Positions 23,578-31,667 of a DNA stretch of 64,000 nt are shown here, in pieces. Made by a program: the position numbers and the translations under genes. Within the stretch, counting starts at the first letter, position 1. Every line of letters begins with the position of its first letter. The notes under the pieces were generated by a model, which was given only the letters and a program-made list of their open reading frames with translations, did not search any database and was not told where the DNA came from. Origin of the DNA: Candidatus Staskawiczbacteria bacterium (GTDB taxonomy: Bacteria; Patescibacteriota; Minisyncoccia; Minisyncoccales; Staskawiczbacteraceae); assembly GCA_963756225.1 (NCBI GenBank), contig CAVWMZ010000004.1, positions 3,412 to 67,411 of the forward strand, given 5' to 3'.

Positions 23578-23605
23578 AAAATAATGATACAAGTGGTTTT
23601 GAATT

Positions 23606-24732
23606 ATGAAAAAACAATTTAATTATTTTTTATTTTTTATAGTTATCTTTTTGCTTGGTTTTAGCCTTTTCTTTTTTGCGTGTCTTTCTGCTCCGGCTTC
23701 TTTGCAAAGGTTTGGAAACACCAACTATTATTTATTTCACCAAATTCTTTCGGGTCTTTTGCCGGCATTAATTTTAGGATATCGTCGCTTACAAAATTTC
23801 CTTAGGTTTTTTAAAAAAATGGGCACCTTTATTGGTTATTTTAATATATTCGCCCTATTTTTAGTTTTTGTTCCTAAAATAGGATCAAGGGGCGGAGGAG
23901 CGAGCAGGTGGATAGGGATAGGGAGGTCTTACGGTGCAGCCCTCAGAATTTTTAAAAATTACAGCTATTTTATATTTGGCCGCATGGATTGCCTCTAAAT
24001 TATCGGAAACAAGCGCATCGGATTGGAAATCTATTACGAAAAAAGGTTATCATAATATCGTGTATATTCTTGTTCCATTTATAGTTTTTTTAGGGTTAAT
24101 TTCTGTTGCATTATATTTTCAAAAAGATATCAGCACCCTAGGAATAATCACCATAACACTGCTTGATCTTTATTTTTCGGCAAAAACTCCTTTATGGCAT
24201 ACATTATTAATAATATTTTCCTGGAAGCACTATTTTATTGCTTTTAGTAAAATTTGAATCATATCGTTTAGATCGTTGGTTAATATTTTTACATCCCAAC
24301 GAAGATCCACTAGGCAAGGGCTTACAATTAAGGCAATCGTTAATCTCTTTGGGATCCGGCGGAGTTTTTGGGAAAGGTCTTGGGATGTCCGCCGAAAAAT
24401 TTTTTCTACCAATGTCCATGTCAGATTCTATTTTCGCAATTATTGGCGAAGAGCTCGGAATAATAGGTTGCATGGTTTTAATTGTTGCTTTTGTCTTATT
24501 GTTTTGGATTGGAATCAAAATTGCAAAGGATTCAAATGACAGATTTTCTAGAATGACAGCAATAGGAATCGTTGTTTGGATAACGTTGCAGGCCTTTGTA
24601 AATATGGCCTCGGTTGCAGGGGTTTTTCCTTTGGCTGGAATACCGTTACCGTTTTTTTCCTACGGAGGTTCTCATATGGTTGTTGAATTAATAGGGATAG
24701 GCCTTTTATTAAATATTTCAAAAAATACTTAA
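23606..24732 (+). pseudogene. ftsW: FtsW/RodA (SEDS) family protein, at least 3 frameshifts as sequenced
   Basis: Restored motifs are RWIGIG..VQPSEF, NEDPLGKGLQLRQS, SGGVFGKGLG, DSIFAIIGEELG and PFFSYGGS. Breaks are near 23780, 23930 and 24225. Confidence 0.8.
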
Positions 24733-24734
24733 AA

Positions 24735-24758
24735 CTCCGCCTATCAGCGGATTTTTTC
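24735..24758 (+). terminator. Intrinsic terminator after ftsW
   Basis: TCCGC/GCGGA stem plus T6. Confidence 0.5.
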
Positions 24759-24804
24759 GTAAAAAAAGAGAGCAATCTTGCGAATGCTCATATTGCGTTA
24801 AAAT

Positions 24805-25376
24805 TTATTGCCCAAAATTGGGTTTGGTAATTTCCGCAAGTCGGTCGGCAAAATCCATAAGATCTTTTTCTGAGCAGCCTACTTCTTCGGCCAGCGGTAA
24901 GGTTTCGCCGTCTATCACTGCCTGCCGGATAATTCCTTCCTCGATCGTCATGTCGCAGACTCCGTAAACGTGTCTATCTATATTACGATCTTCGAATGAA
25001 GTAGGTTCTTTTATGGAGCCCAGGAACTCGCTGAAAAGATCTCTCGTTTTCCGGATGGTTCTAGTCTTTTCTGGATCAAGGTCTCTTTATGGCCGCACTT
25101 CAAACAAAATTTTAAGTTGTGGTCTTTCCGTACATTTCTAAGACCGTGAGGATGTTGCATTATGCCATACCAGCTCTTAGTCCACAATATGGTAAAACGA
25201 GAGCCACACTTAGGACAATTATCAACAAAATCGCCATTTAAAAAATTAGATACTATTTCTATTAGAAACGAGATCAGCAATGTCACGATAAATAACAAGA
25301 TCAATATCGCAAGGATTGCTAAAAACACAGAAAAGAACTTAGTAAAAAATACTTCCATAATATCAAGATTTGTCAT
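24805..25376 (-). pseudogene. Membrane-anchored zinc-ribbon protein, paralogue P2 (one frameshift as sequenced)
   Basis: N-terminal TM, then CPKCG...CLKCGH. After a shift near 25070, the C-terminal ..EEGIIRQAVIDGETLPLAEEVGCSEKDLMDF.. aligns to the C-terminus of P1. Confidence 0.6.
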
Positions 25377-25385
25377 ATGCTTTCT

Positions 25386-25907
25386 TTAAAAATGACCCAA
25401 GCGTCGCTTCGCCCTATGAATAAGTCCATCATCCTCGGCTAAATCGTTGACATACTGGATAAGATCTATAAGAGAGCATCCGACATTTTCAGCAAGTTCC
25501 CTGATTGTGCAGTCAGCTTGAGCTTGGCGGATAATTCCTTCCTCAACATACATGCTGCGTTCAATAAAAACATCATTGTTGACATCCTCATCGGCGAATG
25601 ATTCGGGAAGGCTCGGTAATCTGCTTAAATAATCTAAGTAAAGATCATGCGTTTTGGTAATAACTAGCACATTCTCGCGGTCAAAATCCTCTTCGTGGCC
25701 ACAACACATGCATACCTTCAAATTAATCTTTAAGGGATTAGAGCGCGGAATTTTTTGCCAAAGGAGGACAAACTTTGAGCCACATTCGCTGCAGCTACCG
25801 GAAAGTACGTACGAAGAGCGAATTTTAAAAGCAAAAGATACCAACGACAAAAAGATAACGGTCGCGGCGCAGTAAAAGACCCAGTGCGCAATGGTTAGCA
25901 TTTCCAT
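25386..25907 (-). CDS. Membrane-anchored zinc-ribbon protein with HTH-like C-terminal domain, paralogue P1
   Basis: GGAG Shine-Dalgarno, TM helix, CSECG...CMCCGH zinc ribbon, and C-terminal EEGIIRQAQADCTIRELAENVGCSLIDLIQY. Confidence 0.65.
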   Translation of the reverse strand: MEMLTIAHWVFYCAATVIFLSLVSFAFKIRSSYVLSGSCSECGSKFVLLWQKIPRSNPLKINLKVCMCCGHEEDFDRENVLVITKTHDLYLDYLSRLPSLPESFADEDVNNDVFIERSMYVEEGIIRQAQADCTIRELAENVGCSLIDLIQYVNDLAEDDGLIHRAKRRLGHF

Positions 25908-26113
25908 GGGGGGTGACTCCTTTCAAGATTGGATTGAGCTTAATTGTCAAAATGCCACTCTTATTCTGTAATTATAATCATTTATTGTCAAGAGTTTACC
26001 ACATAGGATAACTTTGTTATTATTATGTAATATATAAAAAGGTCTGCAATTTATATAGTTACGACATTCGGTCAATAAAAGAATAAGTTTCAGTATTGAC
26101 CTCATTTGCAATT

Positions 26114-27271
26114 ATGAAAATATTATTTACGGGCGGTGGCACCGGAGGACACGTTTTTCCAATAGTTGCCACAGTCAGAGAAATAAGAAGAATTTATCCA
26201 AAAAAAGATTTGGAGTTTTATTACGTTGGACCAAAAGATGAGTTTAGTTTAATTTTACTTTCGCAAGAAGATTTTATCATAAAAACAATAGTCTCAGGAA
26301 AAATAAGAAGATATTTTTCTAATTCCGGACCATCCGCATTGCAGATAGACATTCAAACATATTGGAAAAATTTTATTGATATTGTTTTTAAAATTCCGTT
26401 CGGTTTTTTGCAAAGCTTTCTTTATCTTTTTACGATAAGACCAGATTTAGTTTTTAGTAAAGGAGGTTCAGGGTCTATATCCGTAACTTATTCAGCTAGA
26501 TTTTTAAGAATCCCAGTATTTTTGCACGAATCAGATGTAGTCCCGGGTCTTTCCAACCAGGTCACCGCAAAATGGGCAAAAAGGATTTTTACCTCTTTCC
26601 CTAAAACAGAATATTTTGATCCGGAAAGGGTGACGGTAATAGGCAACCCAATAAGAAAAGAAATTTTAGACGGCAACAAAGAAGCCGCTGTTGAGACTTT
26701 TAATTTAACTCTTTCAAAGCCAATATTTTTAATAATTGGCGGATCTCAAGGCGCAGAAACAATTAATGATTTCGTTTTAAGAATCATAAACGACATATTA
26801 AAAGACTACGAAGTTATTCATGTTACCGGAGCTTTAAACGTAAAAGAAGTTTCGGCCGAAGCTCAGGTTATGGAGGATAAAGATTTAGATAAATATTATC
26901 ACCCAGTTGGGTTTTTAGATGAGGAGAAAATAAAGCATGCATATAAAGCGGCCGATTTAATAATCTCTCGCTCGGGTTCCGGTTCAATTTTTGAAATTGC
27001 CGCAGTTGGCAAGCCTAGCGTTTTAATACCATTGCCTTCTGCCGCAGGCGATCATCAATCAAAAAACGCCTATGCGTATACGCAAACTGGTGCTGGCATG
27101 GTTATTGAGCAAGAAAACCTAACTCCTAATTTCTTCATGGAAAATATCCAATTATTATTTTTACATCCAGAGAAATTAAAAGAAATGAGCGACGCGGCAT
27201 TAGCTTTTGCAAAACCGTTGGCGGCTCGAGCAATGGCTAGAGAAATTTTAGAATTTTTAATGTTAGATTAA
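26114..27271 (+). CDS. murG: Undecaprenyldiphospho-muramoylpentapeptide beta-N-acetylglucosaminyltransferase
   Basis: GGGTGGHVFP N-terminal motif and a GT28 C-terminal domain (GGSQGA, SRSGSGSIFE). Confidence 0.9.
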   Translation: MKILFTGGGTGGHVFPIVATVREIRRIYPKKDLEFYYVGPKDEFSLILLSQEDFIIKTIVSGKIRRYFSNSGPSALQIDIQTYWKNFIDIVFKIPFGFLQSFLYLFTIRPDLVFSKGGSGSISVTYSARFLRIPVFLHESDVVPGLSNQVTAKWAKRIFTSFPKTEYFDPERVTVIGNPIRKEILDGNKEAAVETFNLTLSKPIFLIIGGSQGAETINDFVLRIINDILKDYEVIHVTGALNVKEVSAEAQVMEDKDLDKYYHPVGFLDEEKIKHAYKAADLIISRSGSGSIFEIAAVGKPSVLIPLPSAAGDHQSKNAYAYTQTGAGMVIEQENLTPNFFMENIQLLFLHPEKLKEMSDAALAFAKPLAARAMAREILEFLMLD

Positions 27272-27287
27272 TTCCTATTTTATAAAT

Positions 27288-28787
27288 ATGCCAAAAATTA
27301 AAAAACAAGAAGCAAAAGAAGTACGGGTTCGTTTCGCTCCATCTCCAACGGGACCGTTGCACGTCGGGGGCAGCCGAACTGCTTTGTTTAATTATTTATT
27401 TGCCAAAAATAATAAAGGTAAATTTATATTGCGCATTGAAGATACCGACACCCAAAGATCTGAGCAAAAATGGACAAATGAAATTATAGAAGAATTAAAG
27501 TGGTTAGGAATTCAATGGGACGAAGGGCCAGACATTGCTGGAGAATTCGGACCGTACAAACAATCTCAAAGACTAGATATTTATAAAAAATATTTAGAAA
27601 AACTTTTAGAAGAAAAAAAACTTTATTATTGTTTTTGCACGGAAGAAGAATTGGAATCTAAGAGGCACGAACAGATGAGTAGGGGATTGGCCCCCAAATA
27701 TGACGGTACGTGCGCACATTTGTCACAAGAAATTGTTGATAAAAATTTGCAGGAAGGGAAAGCCTCTGTAATAAGATTTAAGATTGAAAATAAAAAAATT
27801 AAATTTAATGATTTGATCCGTGGCGCCGTTGAGTTTGACGCAGCATTGTTGGGCGACGTTGTGGTTGCAAAAAACTTAAACACGCCTCTTTATCATTTTG
27901 CGGTTGTCGTAGATGATTTTTTAATGCAAATAAGCCACGTAATTAGAGGCGAAGAACACCTATCAAATACTCCTCGTCAAATATTGCTACAAGAAGCGCT
28001 TGGTTTCTATCAGCCAGAGTATGCTCATTTGCCCCTGATGTTAAACTCGGATAGAAGCAAGCTTTCTAAGCGGCAGGGTGATGTAGCGCTAGCTGATTAT
28101 CATAATCAAGGGTATCTACCAGAAGCATTGGTCAATTTTATGGTCTTGTTGGGTTGGAATCCGGGCACCGAAAAAGAACTATTTACTTTAACTCAGCTTA
28201 TAAAAGAATTTTCAATAGAAAAAGTACAAAAAGCAGGAGCCATATTTAATATCCAAAGATTAGATTTTTTAAATGGACTTTATATTCGCGAAAAATCAAT
28301 AGAAAAACTAACTGAACTTTGCATCCCATATCTTAAGGAAGCAGGCCTTTTAGTGGTAGGCCAAGTGTCGCAAAATAAATTACAAGAAATTATTGAGATT
28401 TCCAGAACTAGGATGAAGAAATTATCAGATATAGTTTTGCTTTCCGATTTTTTCTTTAGCGACAAATTGGTTTTTGATAAAGAATTGTTAAGGTGGCAAA
28501 AAATTACAGACGAACAGATAAAAAACTCTTTAGTTTTTTCACAAAAAATATTAACTGACGCCAAAGGATGGGAATTAAAAGAGTTGGAAGCATTATTGTT
28601 TGCTGAATCAGAAAAATTTAATTTAAAAAATGGTTATCCGGAGAAAAATAAAGGTTATTTATTATGGCCATTACGCGTTGCTTTGTCTGGCAAACAGTCC
28701 TCTCCAAGTCCATTTGAAATAGCCGATATTCTAGGGAGAGAGAAAACACTAAAACGTATTGACGACGCAATTAAATCTCTTACTTAA
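27288..28787 (+). CDS. gltX: Glutamate--tRNA ligase
   Basis: HVGG (HIGH) and KLSKR (KMSKS) motifs, with the class I GluRS architecture. Confidence 0.9.
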   Translation: MPKIKKQEAKEVRVRFAPSPTGPLHVGGSRTALFNYLFAKNNKGKFILRIEDTDTQRSEQKWTNEIIEELKWLGIQWDEGPDIAGEFGPYKQSQRLDIYKKYLEKLLEEKKLYYCFCTEEELESKRHEQMSRGLAPKYDGTCAHLSQEIVDKNLQEGKASVIRFKIENKKIKFNDLIRGAVEFDAALLGDVVVAKNLNTPLYHFAVVVDDFLMQISHVIRGEEHLSNTPRQILLQEALGFYQPEYAHLPLMLNSDRSKLSKRQGDVALADYHNQGYLPEALVNFMVLLGWNPGTEKELFTLTQLIKEFSIEKVQKAGAIFNIQRLDFLNGLYIREKSIEKLTELCIPYLKEAGLLVVGQVSQNKLQEIIEISRTRMKKLSDIVLLSDFFFSDKLVFDKELLRWQKITDEQIKNSLVFSQKILTDAKGWELKELEALLFAESEKFNLKNGYPEKNKGYLLWPLRVALSGKQSSPSPFEIADILGREKTLKRIDDAIKSLT

Positions 28788-28885
28788 TATTTAGCTTAGA
28801 CAAGTCTTGTGCCACTGTTTAATTTAGCAAATTTTAAAGTGTTTGATGTTAAATGACGTTTCCGTAGAAATGTTGTTTAACATTT

Positions 28886-28898
28886 ATTGTGCGACAAT
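28886..28898 (+). repeat. Intergenic motif copy 1: ATTGTGCGACAAT
   Basis: Exact 12-mer core ATTGTGCGACAA. It ends 1 nt before the GNAT ATG and is preceded by a hairpin (28868-28885). Confidence 0.9.
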
Positions 28899-28899
28899 T

Positions 28900-29442
28900 A
28901 TGGTGATCAAAAAATTTGGGGATAAAAAAATTACAATAAGAAAATTAGAAGAATCAGATCTGAGAAACGCTAAAAAGTTTCAGATTTTTATAAACTCTTT
29001 GATTGACGAAGAAGTCAAAATTTTAATAAACAAAAAGAATTCACTAAAAGAAGAGAAAGATTATTTAAAAAGAACCATAGCCGCAATAAAGAGGGGGAGC
29101 AAGGTTTTTCTTTTGGCCGAGCACGGTAATAAAGTCGTTGGCTCAACAGACATAGAGTTAGAACCTTGGCGCAGGAATCACATAGGGGAATTTGGCATCA
29201 TAATTAGTAAAGAATATAGGGGATTGGGTCTTGGAGAATACTTGATGTCTGAAGTTATAAAATTAGCTAAAAAAGAACTGTGTCCGAAACCTAGAATTAT
29301 TCAATTGGCGGCCTACGCCAACAACAAGCCCGCGATAAGTCTTTATAAAAAGATGGGTTTTAAAATAATTGCCAAGATACCAAAACAAATTCAGTATAAA
29401 GGAGCGCTAATCAGCGACCTCGTAATGATTAGAGATATTTAG
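28900..29442 (+). CDS. GNAT-family N-acetyltransferase
   Basis: RGLGLGEYLM acetyl-CoA binding motif. The start was chosen at MVIKKF because the upstream part of the track ORF is intergenic-like. Confidence 0.75.
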   Translation: MVIKKFGDKKITIRKLEESDLRNAKKFQIFINSLIDEEVKILINKKNSLKEEKDYLKRTIAAIKRGSKVFLLAEHGNKVVGSTDIELEPWRRNHIGEFGIIISKEYRGLGLGEYLMSEVIKLAKKELCPKPRIIQLAAYANNKPAISLYKKMGFKIIAKIPKQIQYKGALISDLVMIRDI

Positions 29443-29448
29443 TCTTAT

Positions 29449-29461
29449 ATTGTGCGACAAA
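29449..29461 (+). repeat. Intergenic motif copy 2: ATTGTGCGACAAA
   Basis: Exact core, 6 nt after the GNAT stop codon. Confidence 0.9.
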
Positions 29462-29496
29462 TATTTTAATGAATTATTTAAACTGTTTAACTAACC

Positions 29497-29856
29497 ATGA
29501 ATAAATCTTTTATATTTTCTGCAGCCGCAATAGTTATTATATTGGTCGTTGTATTTTTAAGCCAACAACCATATTTTAAGGCAACTGGGAAAACCCTTAT
29601 TTCTGCTGCCACCAATCAAGCTAAGAGCGAGGCGGCAAAAGGCTCTGATTGGGTTGGTGCAAATATCATCTCAAAAATAGGTGGGGAAGCTCAAAATGGG
29701 GGAGACGCCATAAAAGTAGAAGCTAACCAGGAAAAAAATAATGTTTCTCAAAATATCGGACAAAAAATTTCAAATTATTTTTCTGGAGTTGCAAATAGTA
29801 TAATTCATCCAGGAAATCCGCAAAATTGTCCGGCTCCTCAAACTACTTCTAAGTAA
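29497..29856 (+). CDS. Hypothetical signal-anchored small protein
   Basis: N-terminal hydrophobic segment and a low-complexity polar remainder. Confidence 0.5.
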   Translation: MNKSFIFSAAAIVIILVVVFLSQQPYFKATGKTLISAATNQAKSEAAKGSDWVGANIISKIGGEAQNGGDAIKVEANQEKNNVSQNIGQKISNYFSGVANSIIHPGNPQNCPAPQTTSK

Positions 29857-29857
29857 A

Positions 29858-29881
29858 AGATGACCTAAGGGTCGTCTTTTG
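29858..29881 (+). terminator. Intrinsic terminator
   Basis: GATGACC/GGTCGTC stem (one G-U pair) plus T4. Confidence 0.55.
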
Positions 29882-29884
29882 GGG

Positions 29885-29913
29885 TTGACATGACCTTAGG
29901 GGACGGCTATTAT
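29885..29913 (+). promoter_or_regulatory. Sigma70-type promoter of the recombinase gene
   Basis: TTGACA, 17 nt, TATTAT. A motif-like AATGTCGCAAAAT lies just downstream at 29926-29938. Confidence 0.6.
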
Positions 29914-29989
29914 TAAGATATAAGCAATGTCGCAAAATGTAGGTTAACCGACCTATAGCCTAGGGGCCGATAAGCCAACTTATAAAAAC

Positions 29990-30961
29990 ATGCAAAACTC
30001 AAACAAAACAATTATATCAACTATTCCAGATTTTATAGATTATTGTGAAATAGAAAAAGGTTTGCGCAGCGGATCACAAGAAGTTTATAAAAAATATTTA
30101 ACACGATTTGGAAATTGGTTAGAATCCCAGAATTTAGCCTCTCTACTTCCCCACCAACTGACCCCGGATCATATTTGGAACTACCGTTTATACCTTTCCA
30201 GGCACTTAGACCCTAAATCTGGCCGTTCCCTTGGTAAGAACACCCAAAACTCGTATTTAATCGCTCTAAGAGGCCTTCTGACGTATTATGCAGCCAAAGA
30301 CATAGTTTCACTACCCTCTGACAAAATAACCCTCCCAAAGCCCGATAAAAGCCAGAAAATGATCAAATTTCTCTCCTTAGAGCAGATTGGCAAGCTTTTA
30401 TCATCTATAGAGCCAAAAGACCCTATTTCCATCCGCGACAGGGCAATTTTAGAGTCCTTTTTCTCAACCGGTCTTCGTATCGCAGAACTGGTTTCTTTGG
30501 ATCTTGAACAGTTTAACAGCATTAAAGATAAAAAGGAAATTGAACTGAGCATTAATGGCAAAGGCGGTAAGACGCGCGTTGTTTATTTTTCAGAACGCGC
30601 GCTAGGTTTCATAAAAAATTATCTAGAAATAAGAAAAGATATAAAATATGCCGATGCCAAAGCCTTGTTTATAAACTTCAGAGATAAGAAAGCCGAAAGT
30701 GATTCCCGACTTACACCAAGATCAATTGAACGAATGGTTAAAAACGCTGCCATGCATGCAGGCGTGCCGATATTTACTACCCCACATACACTCAGGCATT
30801 CATATGCCACTGATTTAATGAACCAAGGAGTTGATATAAGAAGCATTCAAGAATTTTTAGGCCACTCAAACATTGCCACCACTCAAATTTACACGCACGT
30901 AACAAATAAACGCCTCCGCGACCTACACCACCAGTTTCATAGCGACCCAGATAAAAAATAA
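29990..30961 (+). CDS. Tyrosine site-specific recombinase (XerC/XerD-like integrase family)
   Basis: SAM-like N-terminal domain. Catalytic R..HTLRHSYAT..GHSNIATTQIYTHV (R-H-R-Y signature). Confidence 0.85.
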   Translation: MQNSNKTIISTIPDFIDYCEIEKGLRSGSQEVYKKYLTRFGNWLESQNLASLLPHQLTPDHIWNYRLYLSRHLDPKSGRSLGKNTQNSYLIALRGLLTYYAAKDIVSLPSDKITLPKPDKSQKMIKFLSLEQIGKLLSSIEPKDPISIRDRAILESFFSTGLRIAELVSLDLEQFNSIKDKKEIELSINGKGGKTRVVYFSERALGFIKNYLEIRKDIKYADAKALFINFRDKKAESDSRLTPRSIERMVKNAAMHAGVPIFTTPHTLRHSYATDLMNQGVDIRSIQEFLGHSNIATTQIYTHVTNKRLRDLHHQFHSDPDKK

Positions 30962-30981
30962 TAAAATAAATCAATAAATAT

Positions 30982-31428
30982 ATGAAACAGACTACATTAA
31001 AATCTGAAGATAGTATAAATCAAGAAGTTAACAAATTTTTTGATGATGAATTTACAAAGCTCAACGATGAAGAGAAAAAAATTTTTATTGAAGAATTACA
31101 GGAGATATTTCTGGCTAAGGGCGTTAATAGCTATATAACCATTGCGACTATTACTAGTAAAAAATATCGGGACTTAGTTATAAATTTTAGCAAACAACTG
31201 GTTGAGGAATACAAATGTAAAACGGTCGCACAAAAAGCATTGGCTCAAATCGCAACGATTGAATATGTTAGAATGATTGATAACTCATATAAGTTAAATT
31301 ATGCATTAGAGCAAAGCTTCCCCGTAAACGAACGTATTCGTCTAGCTTCTTTCTTAAGCAAAGAGGTAGATAAATCCCAGAAGCAGTTCATGAAGGCTAT
31401 TACTGAACTCGAAAAAACTAAAGAATAA
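30982..31428 (+). CDS. Hypothetical protein (148 aa, helical)
   Basis: ORF only; no recognisable motif. Confidence 0.45.
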   Translation: MKQTTLKSEDSINQEVNKFFDDEFTKLNDEEKKIFIEELQEIFLAKGVNSYITIATITSKKYRDLVINFSKQLVEEYKCKTVAQKALAQIATIEYVRMIDNSYKLNYALEQSFPVNERIRLASFLSKEVDKSQKQFMKAITELEKTKE

Positions 31429-31437
31429 AAGACCAAC

Positions 31438-31467
31438 CAAAAAGAGGGCCTAATCCCCTCTTTTTTA
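31438..31467. terminator. Bidirectional hairpin terminator
   Basis: GAGGG/CCCTC stem flanked by A-run and T-run, between convergent genes. Confidence 0.5.
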
Positions 31468-31478
31468 TTTGTTATTAA

Positions 31479-31491
31479 TTTGTCACACAAT
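31479..31491 (-). repeat. Intergenic motif copy 3 (1 mismatch): ATTGTGTGACAAA
   Basis: Reads ATTGTGTGACAAA on the minus strand, 9 nt after the stop of the small minus-strand ORF. Confidence 0.8.
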
Positions 31492-31500
31492 AAAGGTCAA

Positions 31501-31641
31501 TCAGTTGTTTGATACTTTATTCGAGATTAGGTCTGCTATTTTTTGTGCTACCTCTAGTTGTTCCTCTTTGGTCATTTCCTCCCACTTTCTCCCCTTGAGT
31601 AATTCCTGCAGGCTCACTAAATTGATTGGTTCTTTTTTCAT
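31501..31641 (-). CDS. Hypothetical small protein (46 aa)
   Basis: ATG..TGA ORF MKKEPINLVSLQELLKGRKWEEMTKEEQLEVAQKIADLISNKVSNN, bracketed by motif copies 3 and 4. No obvious Shine-Dalgarno. Confidence 0.35.
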   Translation of the reverse strand: MKKEPINLVSLQELLKGRKWEEMTKEEQLEVAQKIADLISNKVSNN

Positions 31642-31654
31642 ATACTTTATTTAA

Positions 31655-31667
31655 TTTGTCGCACAAT
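31655..31667 (-). repeat. Intergenic motif copy 4: ATTGTGCGACAAA
   Basis: Exact core on the minus strand, between the Res-like gene stop (31707) and the small ORF start. Confidence 0.9.
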
